Assembly: GCA_964649335.1 (NCBI GenBank)
Contig: CAZYPI010000001.1
Location: 1 to 56,120 of the forward strand
Direction of reading: 5' to 3'
Origin: an uncultured Rikenellaceae bacterium
GTDB lineage: Bacteria > Bacteroidota > Bacteroidia > Bacteroidales > VadinHA17
Length of the DNA stretch: 56,120 bases
The notes under the pieces: generated by a model
Told to the model about the DNA's origin: nothing
The model's database searches: none
Seen by the model: the letters and a program-made list of their open reading frames with translations, nothing else
Shown: positions 17,329-26,383 of the stretch, one piece after another
Layout of the letters: each line of letters starts with the position of its first letter
How positions within the stretch are numbered: the first letter of the stretch is position 1
Made by a program: the position numbers and the translations under genes

Positions 17329-20300
17329 ATGTTCATGAAATCCAAATTTTTGCTTTTGCTGTTCTTCCTGTTGTCAGCTCCTTCTTTTCTGATGGCACAG
17401 GAGATAAAGAATGTGGTTACTCTGCGGGAGGAGAATGTTCCCTTGCGGGAATTGTTTAAGAGCATTCAGGAAAAAACCGGATACCGTTTTTTTTACAATG
17501 AGGATTTACCTGCTCTGGATGAGAGGGTCACGGTGGATGTGAAAAAAGCGGATGTCCCGTCTCTGCTTGATTCGGTATTACATCCCCGCAACCTTATCTA
17601 TAAGATTCTTGACAACAAACTCATTGTGGTGGCTACGCCCCGGGGTTTTCAAAAACATGTTATAACGGGTATGGTGGTGGATGAAAACGGGGTTCCTTTG
17701 CCGGGGGTCAATGTGGTGATCAAAGGCACCACTACCGGCACGGTCACGGATGCCGGCGGCCGTTTTTCCATACAGGTGCCCGACGGGGAGACGATACTGG
17801 TTTTCTCCTTTGTCGGTTTTGTGTCGCAGGAGATCCCGGCAGGGGGACAGACGGCCCTGAATGTAGTCCTGAAAGAATCGGTACAGACCCTGGAAAAGGT
17901 GGTGGTAACGGGCCTGGGCATCACACGCGAACAGAAATCCCTGGGATATGCCGTGAGCGAAGTGGGGGGAGATGAGGTGTCACAGGCCAAAGAGACCAAT
18001 ATGGTCAATTCGCTCGCCGGAAAAGTGGCGGGTCTGCAGATCAACCGTACCGCCGGGGGAGTGGGATCGTCGAGCCGGGTGATCCTGCGGGGCATCACCT
18101 CGTTGCTGGGCAGCAACCGTCCGCTGTTCGTGGTGGACGGGGTGCCGGTCAGCTCCGGCAACCTGGGAAGCGCCGGAGAATGGGGAGGGCGTGATATGGG
18201 CGATAACATCGCAGATATCAACCCGGAAGATATACAGTCCATCTCGGTACTGAAAGGACCTGCTGCGGCTGCCATATACGGCTCGCAGGGCGCCAACGGC
18301 GTGATCCTGATCACGACCAAAAGCGGAAGAAAAAGAAAAGGGGTGGGTGTGGAGCTCAGCTCGGGCGTTTCCATGGAGACGCCGCTGGTGCTGCCGAAGC
18401 TGCAGAACACTTATGGTATGGGTGGTTATGGCGTCTATCCGCCTCTCGACCCGCAAACAGGCCTCCCTTCCAATGAGTATCCCTGGGTGTGGAGCTACGG
18501 CCCGGAAATGAAAGGACAACTGTTGACCAACTGGCTGGGTGAACCCCAACCCTATACGGCACAACCGACCAACTTCAGGGACTACTTTTCTACGGGCTGG
18601 GGTCTGTCCAACACACTTGCTTTTGATGCCGGCAACGAGAAAGCCTCTACAAGGGTCTCCATTACCGATTACCGGATACAGGGCCTTGTCCCGAACAATG
18701 ACCTGAACCGGCAGACGTTCAATCTGCGCGGAACAGCCAAACTGGGGAAAAAACTGGATCTGGATGCCCGGATCACTTATGTACACCAGCGAGTTCACAA
18801 CAGGCCCGAACTGAGTGAAGACTCCCACAATCCCGTTTATATGCTCGAGATGTTCCCGCGAAACCTGCGCCTGGAAGACCTGAAAAATAATATTGTCGAT
18901 GAAAACGGTGTGGAAAAAAACTGGATGTCGGATATCTTTACGGGAAATCCTTACTGGGCACAGAAATATATTGGTAACATCGATGATAAAAACCGGGTGA
19001 TCAGCTTTGCATCTCTTACCTATCATTTTACGGACTGGCTGAACCTGATGGTCCGGACCGGTCTCGATTATTACACGCTGCGCTCCAAAGCATGGCGTGC
19101 CAACGATTCCAAAACCGATACGGACGGTTATATATCTGCCGGCCAGAGCAGTAACACCGGCGTAAACTCCGATTTTTTACTGACGGCCAACAGGGATCTT
19201 TTCAAAGGGTTGAACCTGGGCCTGAGCCTGGGAGGGAACTTCAGGTATAATTCGGGGGTTTATATTTCCCAGGCGGGGAGTTTGTTCCGGGTGCCGGATT
19301 TTTACAACATCAGCAATGTGGCCCGCTATTCCACCGGCGAAGGTTTTTCGGAAAAAGAGGTGTATTCGTTGTATGCCCTGGCCAACCTGGCCTGGAAAGA
19401 TTATCTCTTTCTGGATGTTACGGTGCGCAACGACTGGTCAACCACCCTGCCCAAAGACAACAATTCTTATTTCTATCATTCGGAAAACCTCGGGTTTATT
19501 TTTACCGAGGCTTTCGGTCTGAAGAGCTACTGGTTTTCTTACGGGAAGATCAGGGGGTCATTTGCCAAAGTGGGGAATGACACCGGCCCGTACCAGACCT
19601 ATCAGTATTATTATGTGGAACAGACCAAATTTCCCTATCCGCTGGGTAACCTGAGCGACCAGCTGGCTTTTTATGATTTTATGCCGGAGCTCACCGACTC
19701 GTGGGAGGCAGGTACGGATCTGATGTTTTTCAACCGGCGGATTGAATTTAATTTCACTTATTACCGGAACATCTCCAGGAACCAGATCATGTCGGTGCCC
19801 CTGTCGCATTCCACGGGATTCACCAGCAAGCGCTTCAACGCCGGCAGTATCAAAAGCACCGGATACGAATTTGCGCTCAACTTTACTCCCGTACATACGC
19901 AACAGGGGCTCGACTGGCGTATCGGATTCAATTTTTCCCACAGCCGGTCGATTGTACAATCTTTGCATCCCAGTCTGGATAAGCTGGAACTGGCCCATCT
20001 CTGGTCGGCCTCCATCCAGGCGCGGCCGGGACATGAGTATGGGGAGATTTACGGATTCGGCTACAAAAAGGATAAGTTCGGAAGAAAACTGATCGATGAG
20101 AAAGGTTTTGCCCAGCGCGGGGAGTATCAAAAACTCGGCACCATTAATCCCGACTTCCTGGCCGGGTTTACCAGCAAGCTTACCTGGAGGGGATTGGATT
20201 TCAGTTTCCTGGTGGACATTCAGAAAGGAGGGCAGTTCTTTTCCTGGGGCAAGGCGATGTTGAGCCTGTTCGGCAACGCCAAAGAGACCCTGGAAGGCCG

Positions 20301-20736
20301 GGCGGAGTGGTACAGTACGCATGATGAGGAGACCATGTACCAGACACCTCTGCCGGGGGTGGAGCCCGACGGTTATTATGAATCGGGCGTACTGGAGAAA
20401 AACGGCCGGCCCAATGATATACCCATTCAGCCCATCTGGCGGTGGTATAATGTGTATGCCACCGATATTGCCGAAGAGTGGATCGTCGATGCCACCAATG
20501 TGAGGATGCGGGAGATGGTCCTGGGCTATTCCCTCCCGCCGAAGTGGCTTAAAAACACACCGATGGCCTCGGTAAACCTTTCATTGGCCGGCAGAAACCT
20601 GTTTTTCTTCTACAAGGCCTCGGTGCATGCCGACCCCGAATCGGGATTTAATCCGGGAAACGTGGGCAACGGTTTTGAGAACCATGCCCTGCCCACCACC
20701 AGAAGTTTATCTTTTAACCTGAAAATTGGATTTTAG
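17329..20736 (+). CDS. SusC/RagA-family TonB-linked outer membrane protein with an N-terminal STN signalling domain
   Basis: 1135 aa. STN-like 'VPLRELFKSIQEKTGYRFFYN..', CarboxypepD_reg 'ITGMVVDENGVPLPGVNVVIKGTTTGTVTDAGGRFSI', plug 'VVVTGLGITREQKSLGYAVSEV' and a terminal 'LKIGF'. Confidence 0.95.
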   Translation: MFMKSKFLLLLFFLLSAPSFLMAQEIKNVVTLREENVPLRELFKSIQEKTGYRFFYNEDLPALDERVTVDVKKADVPSLLDSVLHPRNLIYKILDNKLIVVATPRGFQKHVITGMVVDENGVPLPGVNVVIKGTTTGTVTDAGGRFSIQVPDGETILVFSFVGFVSQEIPAGGQTALNVVLKESVQTLEKVVVTGLGITREQKSLGYAVSEVGGDEVSQAKETNMVNSLAGKVAGLQINRTAGGVGSSSRVILRGITSLLGSNRPLFVVDGVPVSSGNLGSAGEWGGRDMGDNIADINPEDIQSISVLKGPAAAAIYGSQGANGVILITTKSGRKRKGVGVELSSGVSMETPLVLPKLQNTYGMGGYGVYPPLDPQTGLPSNEYPWVWSYGPEMKGQLLTNWLGEPQPYTAQPTNFRDYFSTGWGLSNTLAFDAGNEKASTRVSITDYRIQGLVPNNDLNRQTFNLRGTAKLGKKLDLDARITYVHQRVHNRPELSEDSHNPVYMLEMFPRNLRLEDLKNNIVDENGVEKNWMSDIFTGNPYWAQKYIGNIDDKNRVISFASLTYHFTDWLNLMVRTGLDYYTLRSKAWRANDSKTDTDGYISAGQSSNTGVNSDFLLTANRDLFKGLNLGLSLGGNFRYNSGVYISQAGSLFRVPDFYNISNVARYSTGEGFSEKEVYSLYALANLAWKDYLFLDVTVRNDWSTTLPKDNNSYFYHSENLGFIFTEAFGLKSYWFSYGKIRGSFAKVGNDTGPYQTYQYYYVEQTKFPYPLGNLSDQLAFYDFMPELTDSWEAGTDLMFFNRRIEFNFTYYRNISRNQIMSVPLSHSTGFTSKRFNAGSIKSTGYEFALNFTPVHTQQGLDWRIGFNFSHSRSIVQSLHPSLDKLELAHLWSASIQARPGHEYGEIYGFGYKKDKFGRKLIDEKGFAQRGEYQKLGTINPDFLAGFTSKLTWRGLDFSFLVDIQKGGQFFSWGKAMLSLFGNAKETLEGRAEWYSTHDEETMYQTPLPGVEPDGYYESGVLEKNGRPNDIPIQPIWRWYNVYATDIAEEWIVDATNVRMREMVLGYSLPPKWLKNTPMASVNLSLAGRNLFFFYKASVHADPESGFNPGNVGNGFENHALPTTRSLSFNLKIGF

Positions 20737-20738
20737 TC

Positions 20739-22235
20739 ATGAAAATATATGCCAGAATGAAAAAGCTGATCCCTGTCTTTGCCGGGCTCCTGTTGCTGAG
20801 CGGTTGTTATTCGGATTTTCAGGATATGAACAAAAACCCGAATGCCCTGACCACCCTGGACAATGAGTACCTTTTTTCCAATGCGGTCAAGAAGACCTTT
20901 CTGGATGCGCGTACACAATGGAAGCTGATGCTCCATTTCGGCTCACAATACAGCCATTATTATGTTGTGCCTCACAATACGACGCGCCCGCATGATGCCT
21001 ACAAGGACAATCTTTATTCGGAAGATTATTTTGATATATTCAGTCAGACATATATAGGCCCGTTGAAGCTGGCCAATGAGGTGATCCGCCTGACACAGGC
21101 CGGAGGTGAGCAGGAGAGTGCCCTGCGCAATGCCCTGGCGCAGGTGGTTGCCGTTGTCAACTATGACAGGTTGACCGACCTGTTTGGGGACATCCCTTAC
21201 AGTGAAGGGGGTTGGGGACGGGAAGGCATCCTCTCTCCGGCGTATGATGCCCAGAAATCCATCTATGAAGATATGATGACCCGTCTGAAGAACAGCATTG
21301 ATGTAATCAAAAACGGCGATCCCGGCGACGCTTACCCGGGTTTTGATCCTTTGTTTGACAATGACCTGGGTGCCTGGGTGCGTTTTGCCAACTCTTTCCG
21401 CCTGCGGCTGGCCATGCGGGCCCGTTTTGCCGACCCCGGGTATTGTGAGAAAGTGATTCGGGAATGCCTGCAGGAGGACCTGATCGAAAACAACGATGAA
21501 AATGCACAAATGGTACGCTATGATAATCCGGATCTTTATAACAATTGGTCCTGGATCTATAATATTCTCCCCTGGAAAATGAGCAGGATGCTTGTGGACT
21601 GGCTGGTGAACACCTCTGATCCACGGCTGCAGGCCTGGGTGAAACCCACCCCCTTCGGCGAATACCGCGGGGTAGAAAACGGCCTGACGGATATTATGTT
21701 TTCAAAAGTGTACTGGGACAGTATTTCAGACCCCATGCCTGCCCTGTATGCCAGGGATATGCCCGTATATTTTCTGTGTGCCCCGGAGGTGAAGTTCCTG
21801 CATGCCGAGGCGGCATTGATCCATCTGGATGACGGCAATGCCAATGATTATTATCAGGAAGGAATCCGGCTTGCCATGCAGCAGTGGAACATCCCGGATA
21901 CGGCCATAAGCCGTTTTATCAATGAGGTGGCTGAGGCGACTTTGTCCGGCAGTGACGAAAACCGGCTGCGGCAGATATCCACCCAGAAATGGCTTTCTTA
22001 TGCCACCAACTTCATCCAGGCCTATACCGGTATCCGCCGTACCGGATATCCCGTTATCCCCCAGCGTACCGAACCCTGGCTCGACCCGGGCGTAACCAAC
22101 GGTTATCTGCCCAAACGGTTCAAATATCCCAAAAAAGAGATCGCCATCAACCAAAAACATGTAGAAGAAGCCATCGAACGGCAGGGGCCCAACGAAATCT
22201 ATACACCTGTGTGGTGGGATGTTGTGGGAAACTGA
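20739..22235 (+). CDS. SusD/RagB-family nutrient-binding outer membrane lipoprotein
   Basis: Lipobox 'LLLLSGC'. The gene starts 2 nt after susC ends. The length and the C-terminal 'RRTGYPVI..' motif are typical of SusD-like proteins. Confidence 0.92.
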   Translation: MKIYARMKKLIPVFAGLLLLSGCYSDFQDMNKNPNALTTLDNEYLFSNAVKKTFLDARTQWKLMLHFGSQYSHYYVVPHNTTRPHDAYKDNLYSEDYFDIFSQTYIGPLKLANEVIRLTQAGGEQESALRNALAQVVAVVNYDRLTDLFGDIPYSEGGWGREGILSPAYDAQKSIYEDMMTRLKNSIDVIKNGDPGDAYPGFDPLFDNDLGAWVRFANSFRLRLAMRARFADPGYCEKVIRECLQEDLIENNDENAQMVRYDNPDLYNNWSWIYNILPWKMSRMLVDWLVNTSDPRLQAWVKPTPFGEYRGVENGLTDIMFSKVYWDSISDPMPALYARDMPVYFLCAPEVKFLHAEAALIHLDDGNANDYYQEGIRLAMQQWNIPDTAISRFINEVAEATLSGSDENRLRQISTQKWLSYATNFIQAYTGIRRTGYPVIPQRTEPWLDPGVTNGYLPKRFKYPKKEIAINQKHVEEAIERQGPNEIYTPVWWDVVGN

Positions 22236-22269
22236 CAATTTTTTATCACTAAAAAATCTGAATACAATT

Positions 22270-23184
22270 ATGAAAAACTTCCGTATGATTATTGCGGTAC
22301 TGGCCGGGGCGGTTCTGCTGTTGATACAGTCCTGTAAAGAGGATGCCCCGCTGGTGGATTTTTACTTTGAGGTGCGGGGTGATACGGCTTTTTTCAACAG
22401 CAAAGCAATCCATGCGACCACCTACCTGTGGGATTTTGGTGACGAACAAAGCAGTACCGAGCCCAATCCCGTCCATGTTTATGAAAAGGCCGGCGATTAT
22501 GAGGTGACCCTGACGGTCACCGGCAAAGGAGGGGAAGATTCTCAGACCAAGGTTGTAACCATAGTCTCTTCGGCTCCTTATGACCTGCTCACCGGCGGGC
22601 CGGAAGCTGCCGGAGGAAAGACCTGGAAAATAAGCCGCACCATAACCTCCGGCGATGCCATTTTCACACCCATTACGGAGGATTTCGGAAATGTGTATCT
22701 TCCTTTTTATAATGATGTCCTGGAGGATATCGGTCTGGGTGATGAATATGAGGCCGAATACACTTTTTTCCATGACGGATCGTACCGGCACAAGGTGGTG
22801 AACGGCGGAGGGATGACCGGTTACCGGTATGCCGGCAACAATGGTCTGGATGTCATCAAAACCACTCCTTACGGGATATGGATTACCACGTTCTCACCCG
22901 ACGACGAAGCCACCTTCACTTTTGCCGAAGATACCACGGTTACTGTACGCTGTGCCATGGAAAAGGAGGATTCGGTGTATGATGTCACCTTCAGCAATGT
23001 GTCCGTCATTGTGATTTCCGATCCCGAGTTTTTTGTGCTGCGCGATTATACCAAAATAGTAATCATCAAGGAAATTGAGAATGATAAGATGCGTGCCTAT
23101 TTTTTCCTTTCCAGCAGTGATTATGCTGATATCTCCGAATACCCCACCCATGCCCTGCTGATGACCCTGGTGCCGGAACAATGA
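22270..23184 (+). CDS. PKD-domain surface lipoprotein (candidate surface glycan-binding protein of the PUL)
   Basis: Lipobox 'LLIQSC'. PKD signature 'YLWDFGDEQSSTEPNPVHVYEKAGDYEVTLTVTGKGGEDS'. I prefer the start at the ATG at 22270 over 22219, which overlaps susD. Confidence 0.8.
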   Translation: MKNFRMIIAVLAGAVLLLIQSCKEDAPLVDFYFEVRGDTAFFNSKAIHATTYLWDFGDEQSSTEPNPVHVYEKAGDYEVTLTVTGKGGEDSQTKVVTIVSSAPYDLLTGGPEAAGGKTWKISRTITSGDAIFTPITEDFGNVYLPFYNDVLEDIGLGDEYEAEYTFFHDGSYRHKVVNGGGMTGYRYAGNNGLDVIKTTPYGIWITTFSPDDEATFTFAEDTTVTVRCAMEKEDSVYDVTFSNVSVIVISDPEFFVLRDYTKIVIIKEIENDKMRAYFFLSSSDYADISEYPTHALLMTLVPEQ

Positions 23185-23246
23185 TCACCGGACGGGGGAG
23201 AAGAGACTTTTTTAATGTATATGTAAAACCTTAATCAGATAGAATA

Positions 23247-24848
23247 ATGGACAGAACGATAATTTCTTTGGTGTTTTTTTTGCTTTTGCTTGCCGGATGT
23301 CAACGGGGAGGAGAGAAAACATACGAACAAAACAATACCCCGGATAAGGAGTATGTTACCGTAAAAGGCAGGATGTTTGTTGATACTGCCGGCCGGCAGG
23401 TTATCCTGCATGGTATCAATGTCATCAATAAGAATCCGGAGACAGGGTATGTCTGTGCCCTGGATGAGGAGATATACCGGAAATTACATCTGTGGGGGTT
23501 CAATATTGTCCGTCTGGGCATTATCTGGGACGGTCTGGAGCCTGAGCCCGGGAAGTATAATGAGGAGATGTTCAAGTGTCTGGACCGCAACATCGCCTGG
23601 GCCAAAAAGTATGGCATATATGTCCTTCTGGATATGCATCAGGATCTGTACAGTGTAAAATATTCAGACGGAGCTCCCCTGTGGGCCACACTGGATGAGG
23701 GAAAGCCCAATTACAAAGGGGAAATATGGAGTGATGCTTACCTGATCAGTCCGGCCATACAGACGGCTTTTGATAATTTCTGGAAGAATGCCAAAGCCCC
23801 GGACGGGACCGGCATCCAGGATCATTATGCCGCTCTCTGGAAGACCATTGCCCGAAGGTATGCCGATAACCCCGTAGTGATCGGGTATGATATTATGAAT
23901 GAGCCGTTTCCCGGATCCGGAGCGGAAAAATATGTTCAGGCGATGGTGCTGGCCTACGGGCAGTGGCTGGCAGAGACCACCGGGAAAAATCCCGGAGGAG
24001 AGAAAGAACTCCTGGCCCTGTGGAACAGCCCCGAAGGAAAAATGAAGGTGATGGAGACCCTGAAGGATACGAATGTTTATAAACGGGTACTCTTTGCCAC
24101 CCTGCCCCTGTCGAAGATCTTCGAGGAAGGACCCCTGCACAGGATGTACAGCCGCGTGGGCCGGGCCATACGCGAGGTAGATACCAACCATATCCTGTTT
24201 CTCGAACACAACTATTTCTGTAACCCCGGCGTGCCCAGCCGGATAAAGATCCCCATTACCGGAAAAGACGGTACCCCGGACCGGAAAGTGGCTTACGCTC
24301 CCCATGGCTATGATCTCCTGCTCGATACAAAAGCTTATCTGCTGGCTGATAATAACCGCGTTGATTTTCTGATGAATGTTGTCGATCAGACTTCACACCG
24401 TCTGAATATCCCCATGCTCGTCGGAGAATGGGGTGCTTTTCATTCGATGGATTCGGCTTTCTACCGCCACGGGAAATTCATCGTGGATAAATTCATGAAA
24501 ATGAAAAACGGCGAAACATTCTGGTGTTATTTCGACGGGATTGAAAAATATACCTTTTTCAATATTCTTGACAGGCCCTATCCTCTGGCTGTTAATGGCA
24601 CATTGAAAGAATATTCCTATATTCCCGGCGAAAAGGTCTTTTCTTCTTCATGGGTTTCATCCGGCACAATAAAACAACCCTCCCTGTTTTATATTCCCCG
24701 GGTAACCCCCGGAGATGCTATAGATATTAACATTGTGCCGGAAGGAAAAGGTTTTCAGATCAGCTTTACGGGATCCCAGCAAGGGGCTGTGATCTCGGTG
24801 GCTCCGGCCCGGCAGGAAGGAGAAAGGAAAATAACCATTCGTTATTGA
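23247..24848 (+). CDS. Glycoside hydrolase family 5 lipoprotein (endoglycoceramidase-like subfamily by motif, with a C-terminal beta-sandwich)
   Basis: Lipobox 'LLLAGC'. 'VILHGINV..GFNIVRLGIIWDGLEPEPGKYN..YVLLDMHQDLYS', acid/base 'IMNEPFPG', nucleophile 'LVGEWGA'. Confidence 0.85.
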   Translation: MDRTIISLVFFLLLLAGCQRGGEKTYEQNNTPDKEYVTVKGRMFVDTAGRQVILHGINVINKNPETGYVCALDEEIYRKLHLWGFNIVRLGIIWDGLEPEPGKYNEEMFKCLDRNIAWAKKYGIYVLLDMHQDLYSVKYSDGAPLWATLDEGKPNYKGEIWSDAYLISPAIQTAFDNFWKNAKAPDGTGIQDHYAALWKTIARRYADNPVVIGYDIMNEPFPGSGAEKYVQAMVLAYGQWLAETTGKNPGGEKELLALWNSPEGKMKVMETLKDTNVYKRVLFATLPLSKIFEEGPLHRMYSRVGRAIREVDTNHILFLEHNYFCNPGVPSRIKIPITGKDGTPDRKVAYAPHGYDLLLDTKAYLLADNNRVDFLMNVVDQTSHRLNIPMLVGEWGAFHSMDSAFYRHGKFIVDKFMKMKNGETFWCYFDGIEKYTFFNILDRPYPLAVNGTLKEYSYIPGEKVFSSSWVSSGTIKQPSLFYIPRVTPGDAIDINIVPEGKGFQISFTGSQQGAVISVAPARQEGERKITIRY

Positions 24849-24937
24849 CCGGAAAGCGGGTTATCCGGGAGGTTTCATGACGGGCAATAGGATCCAAAGG
24901 AAAATTTTTATGTCTAACCAAAATAAATTTTAGAAAA

Positions 24938-25327
24938 ATGAAAAAAGTAATGATGAGTCTGTCGGCAATGACTGTTATGTTTTTGTTGATGATCAGTATG
25001 TCCTTTGCGGCAGAAGAAGGAACGAAAGTGGAAGGTACCTGGCATTTCAATGCCCCGGATGCTCCCTATGATTACCAGACGGGTGACATTGTCATCAAAA
25101 AGGAAAACGGGAAATATACCGGGACCATTGTTTTCAGCGAGTACTACAAGCTGGAAACCAAGGACTTCAAAGTAGTGAAGAACGTGGTATCGTTTAAGGC
25201 CTATGTCGAAGGAGATGTTATTTATTTCAAGGGTACCGTCAAAGGAAAAAAAATGGACGGAAAAGTCAGTTACTCCGAAGGGACACTGAACATTTCGGCC
25301 GAGAAGGTGACGAAGAAAAAGAAGTAA
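24938..25327 (+). CDS. Small secreted hypothetical protein (129 aa), last gene of the PUL
   Basis: It has a signal peptide ('MFLLMISMSFAAEE'), a beta-rich Lys-rich mature part and a strong terminator after it. I recognise no family. Confidence 0.6.
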   Translation: MKKVMMSLSAMTVMFLLMISMSFAAEEGTKVEGTWHFNAPDAPYDYQTGDIVIKKENGKYTGTIVFSEYYKLETKDFKVVKNVVSFKAYVEGDVIYFKGTVKGKKMDGKVSYSEGTLNISAEKVTKKKK

Positions 25328-25352
25328 ATCCGGAGAATCCGGTATTGACTGT

Positions 25353-25387
25353 AACAGCGGTTCCGGATTCCGGGCCGCTGTTTTTTT
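25353..25387 (+). terminator. Rho-independent terminator after the PUL
   Basis: The stem AACAGCGG..CCGCTGTT encloses an inner CCGG-ATT-CCGG stem and is followed by T7. It lies between convergent genes. Confidence 0.65.
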
Positions 25388-26180
25388 ATTCTATAATAAT
25401 GGTGTCGCGGCTGACGGCCAGGGCGCCGAAATAACCCAGGGCGCCGCCCGACAAGTTGGTGACGGGATTGGCTGGGGCGGTGGTGGACCCTGACTGGCTG
25501 GAGGCGGTCACCGATGACAAGGTCAGCATATATTCATAAACCCCTTTGTCTATGGACTGTAATTCTACGACAGCCGTATCGCCGGATTCGTAACTGGCGC
25601 CGAAAAGATAATAAGGGATCAGGTTGCCGTCGGTGAGCTGATCGTCAAGGACATAGATGACCGTGCTGGTTTTGTCGCCTCTCATCATCCGGATACGGTA
25701 GTAATTTCCCTTGCCGGGGGGATCTGTAAAGTATATGATGATAATATACCCCGGGTCCGCAAAACGGGATCCCGGGAAATACCGGGCATGTAACGAATCG
25801 ATCGGAACGGGTTCCTGCATCACCGAGGTGGCACTAAAAAACTGATCCTTCCATTCGATTTGAAGGGAATAGGTTATACCCGGGGTGCCCCTGAATTCGT
25901 TGTTCTCATAGATCCCCTGTTTCTTTTCCTTGAAATGCCAGTAATGACCTTTGCTGTCTTTGACGAAAACAAGAGCCCCCGAGAGGTGCGGGAGATACCC
26001 CGGGTTATAATAATCGGTGGTCTGGCTTATGATAACACGGTACGGCCCCGGCAGGGTGGTGACGGTGCCTTCAATGACCACTGCCGGCGACGCATCTTTC
26101 AACGGAAAAGTAATGACCTCTTCACAGGAGGAGAGCATGAAAAACAAGAGAATGATATAGAACGGGAATTTTTTTTTCAT
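25386..26180 (-). CDS. DUF4249-family lipoprotein (usual partner of a CarboxypepD_reg-type TonB receptor)
   Basis: Lipobox 'MLSSC'. 'VVIEGTVTTLPGPYRVIISQT..GALVFVKDSKG..GIYEN..GITYSLQIEW..FSATSVM..PIDSL' follows the DUF4249 pattern. It sits directly downstream of the TonB receptor. Confidence 0.8.
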   Translation of the reverse strand: MKKKFPFYIILLFFMLSSCEEVITFPLKDASPAVVIEGTVTTLPGPYRVIISQTTDYYNPGYLPHLSGALVFVKDSKGHYWHFKEKKQGIYENNEFRGTPGITYSLQIEWKDQFFSATSVMQEPVPIDSLHARYFPGSRFADPGYIIIIYFTDPPGKGNYYRIRMMRGDKTSTVIYVLDDQLTDGNLIPYYLFGASYESGDTAVVELQSIDKGVYEYMLTLSSVTASSQSGSTTAPANPVTNLSGGALGYFGALAVSRDTIIIE

Positions 26181-26230
26181 CTGTTTATAATTTCGTATTA
26201 ATTAGATATTTAGTTTCTTTTTCTATTTAT

Positions 26231-26376
26231 TAACCCCCTCCCTCTATCCCTCCCCCTCGTCGAGGGGGAGGGATTTTCTTTCAGCGTTTTATAATCTCAT
26301 GAATAATGCAGGGTGGGGGTCAAACCATTAAATATTTTTTTGTTTCAATAATCATTCTCTTAATCAATCATGGATG
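26231..26376 (-). repeat. Structured GC-hairpin intergenic repeat, copy A (transcribed sense is the minus strand)
   Basis: About 130 nt align to the reverse complement of 31069-31196, with 8 substitutions and one 2-nt indel by hand alignment. It contains nested stems: ACCCCCTCCCT/AGGGTGGGGGT around the perfect palindrome CCCTCCCCCTCG-T-CGAGGGGGAGGG. Confidence 0.85.
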
Positions 26377-26383
26377 TTTCATT

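Noticed and set aside
22219-22269. N-terminal extension of the PKD lipoprotein overlapping susD (ORF-track start 22219)
   Set aside because: The extension precedes a canonical signal peptide and lipobox that begins at the ATG at 22270, and it overlaps the susD 3' end. The same reasoning applies to 6802 versus 6829 (queD), 30203 versus 30230 (dtd) and 55609 versus 55678 (tnpA).
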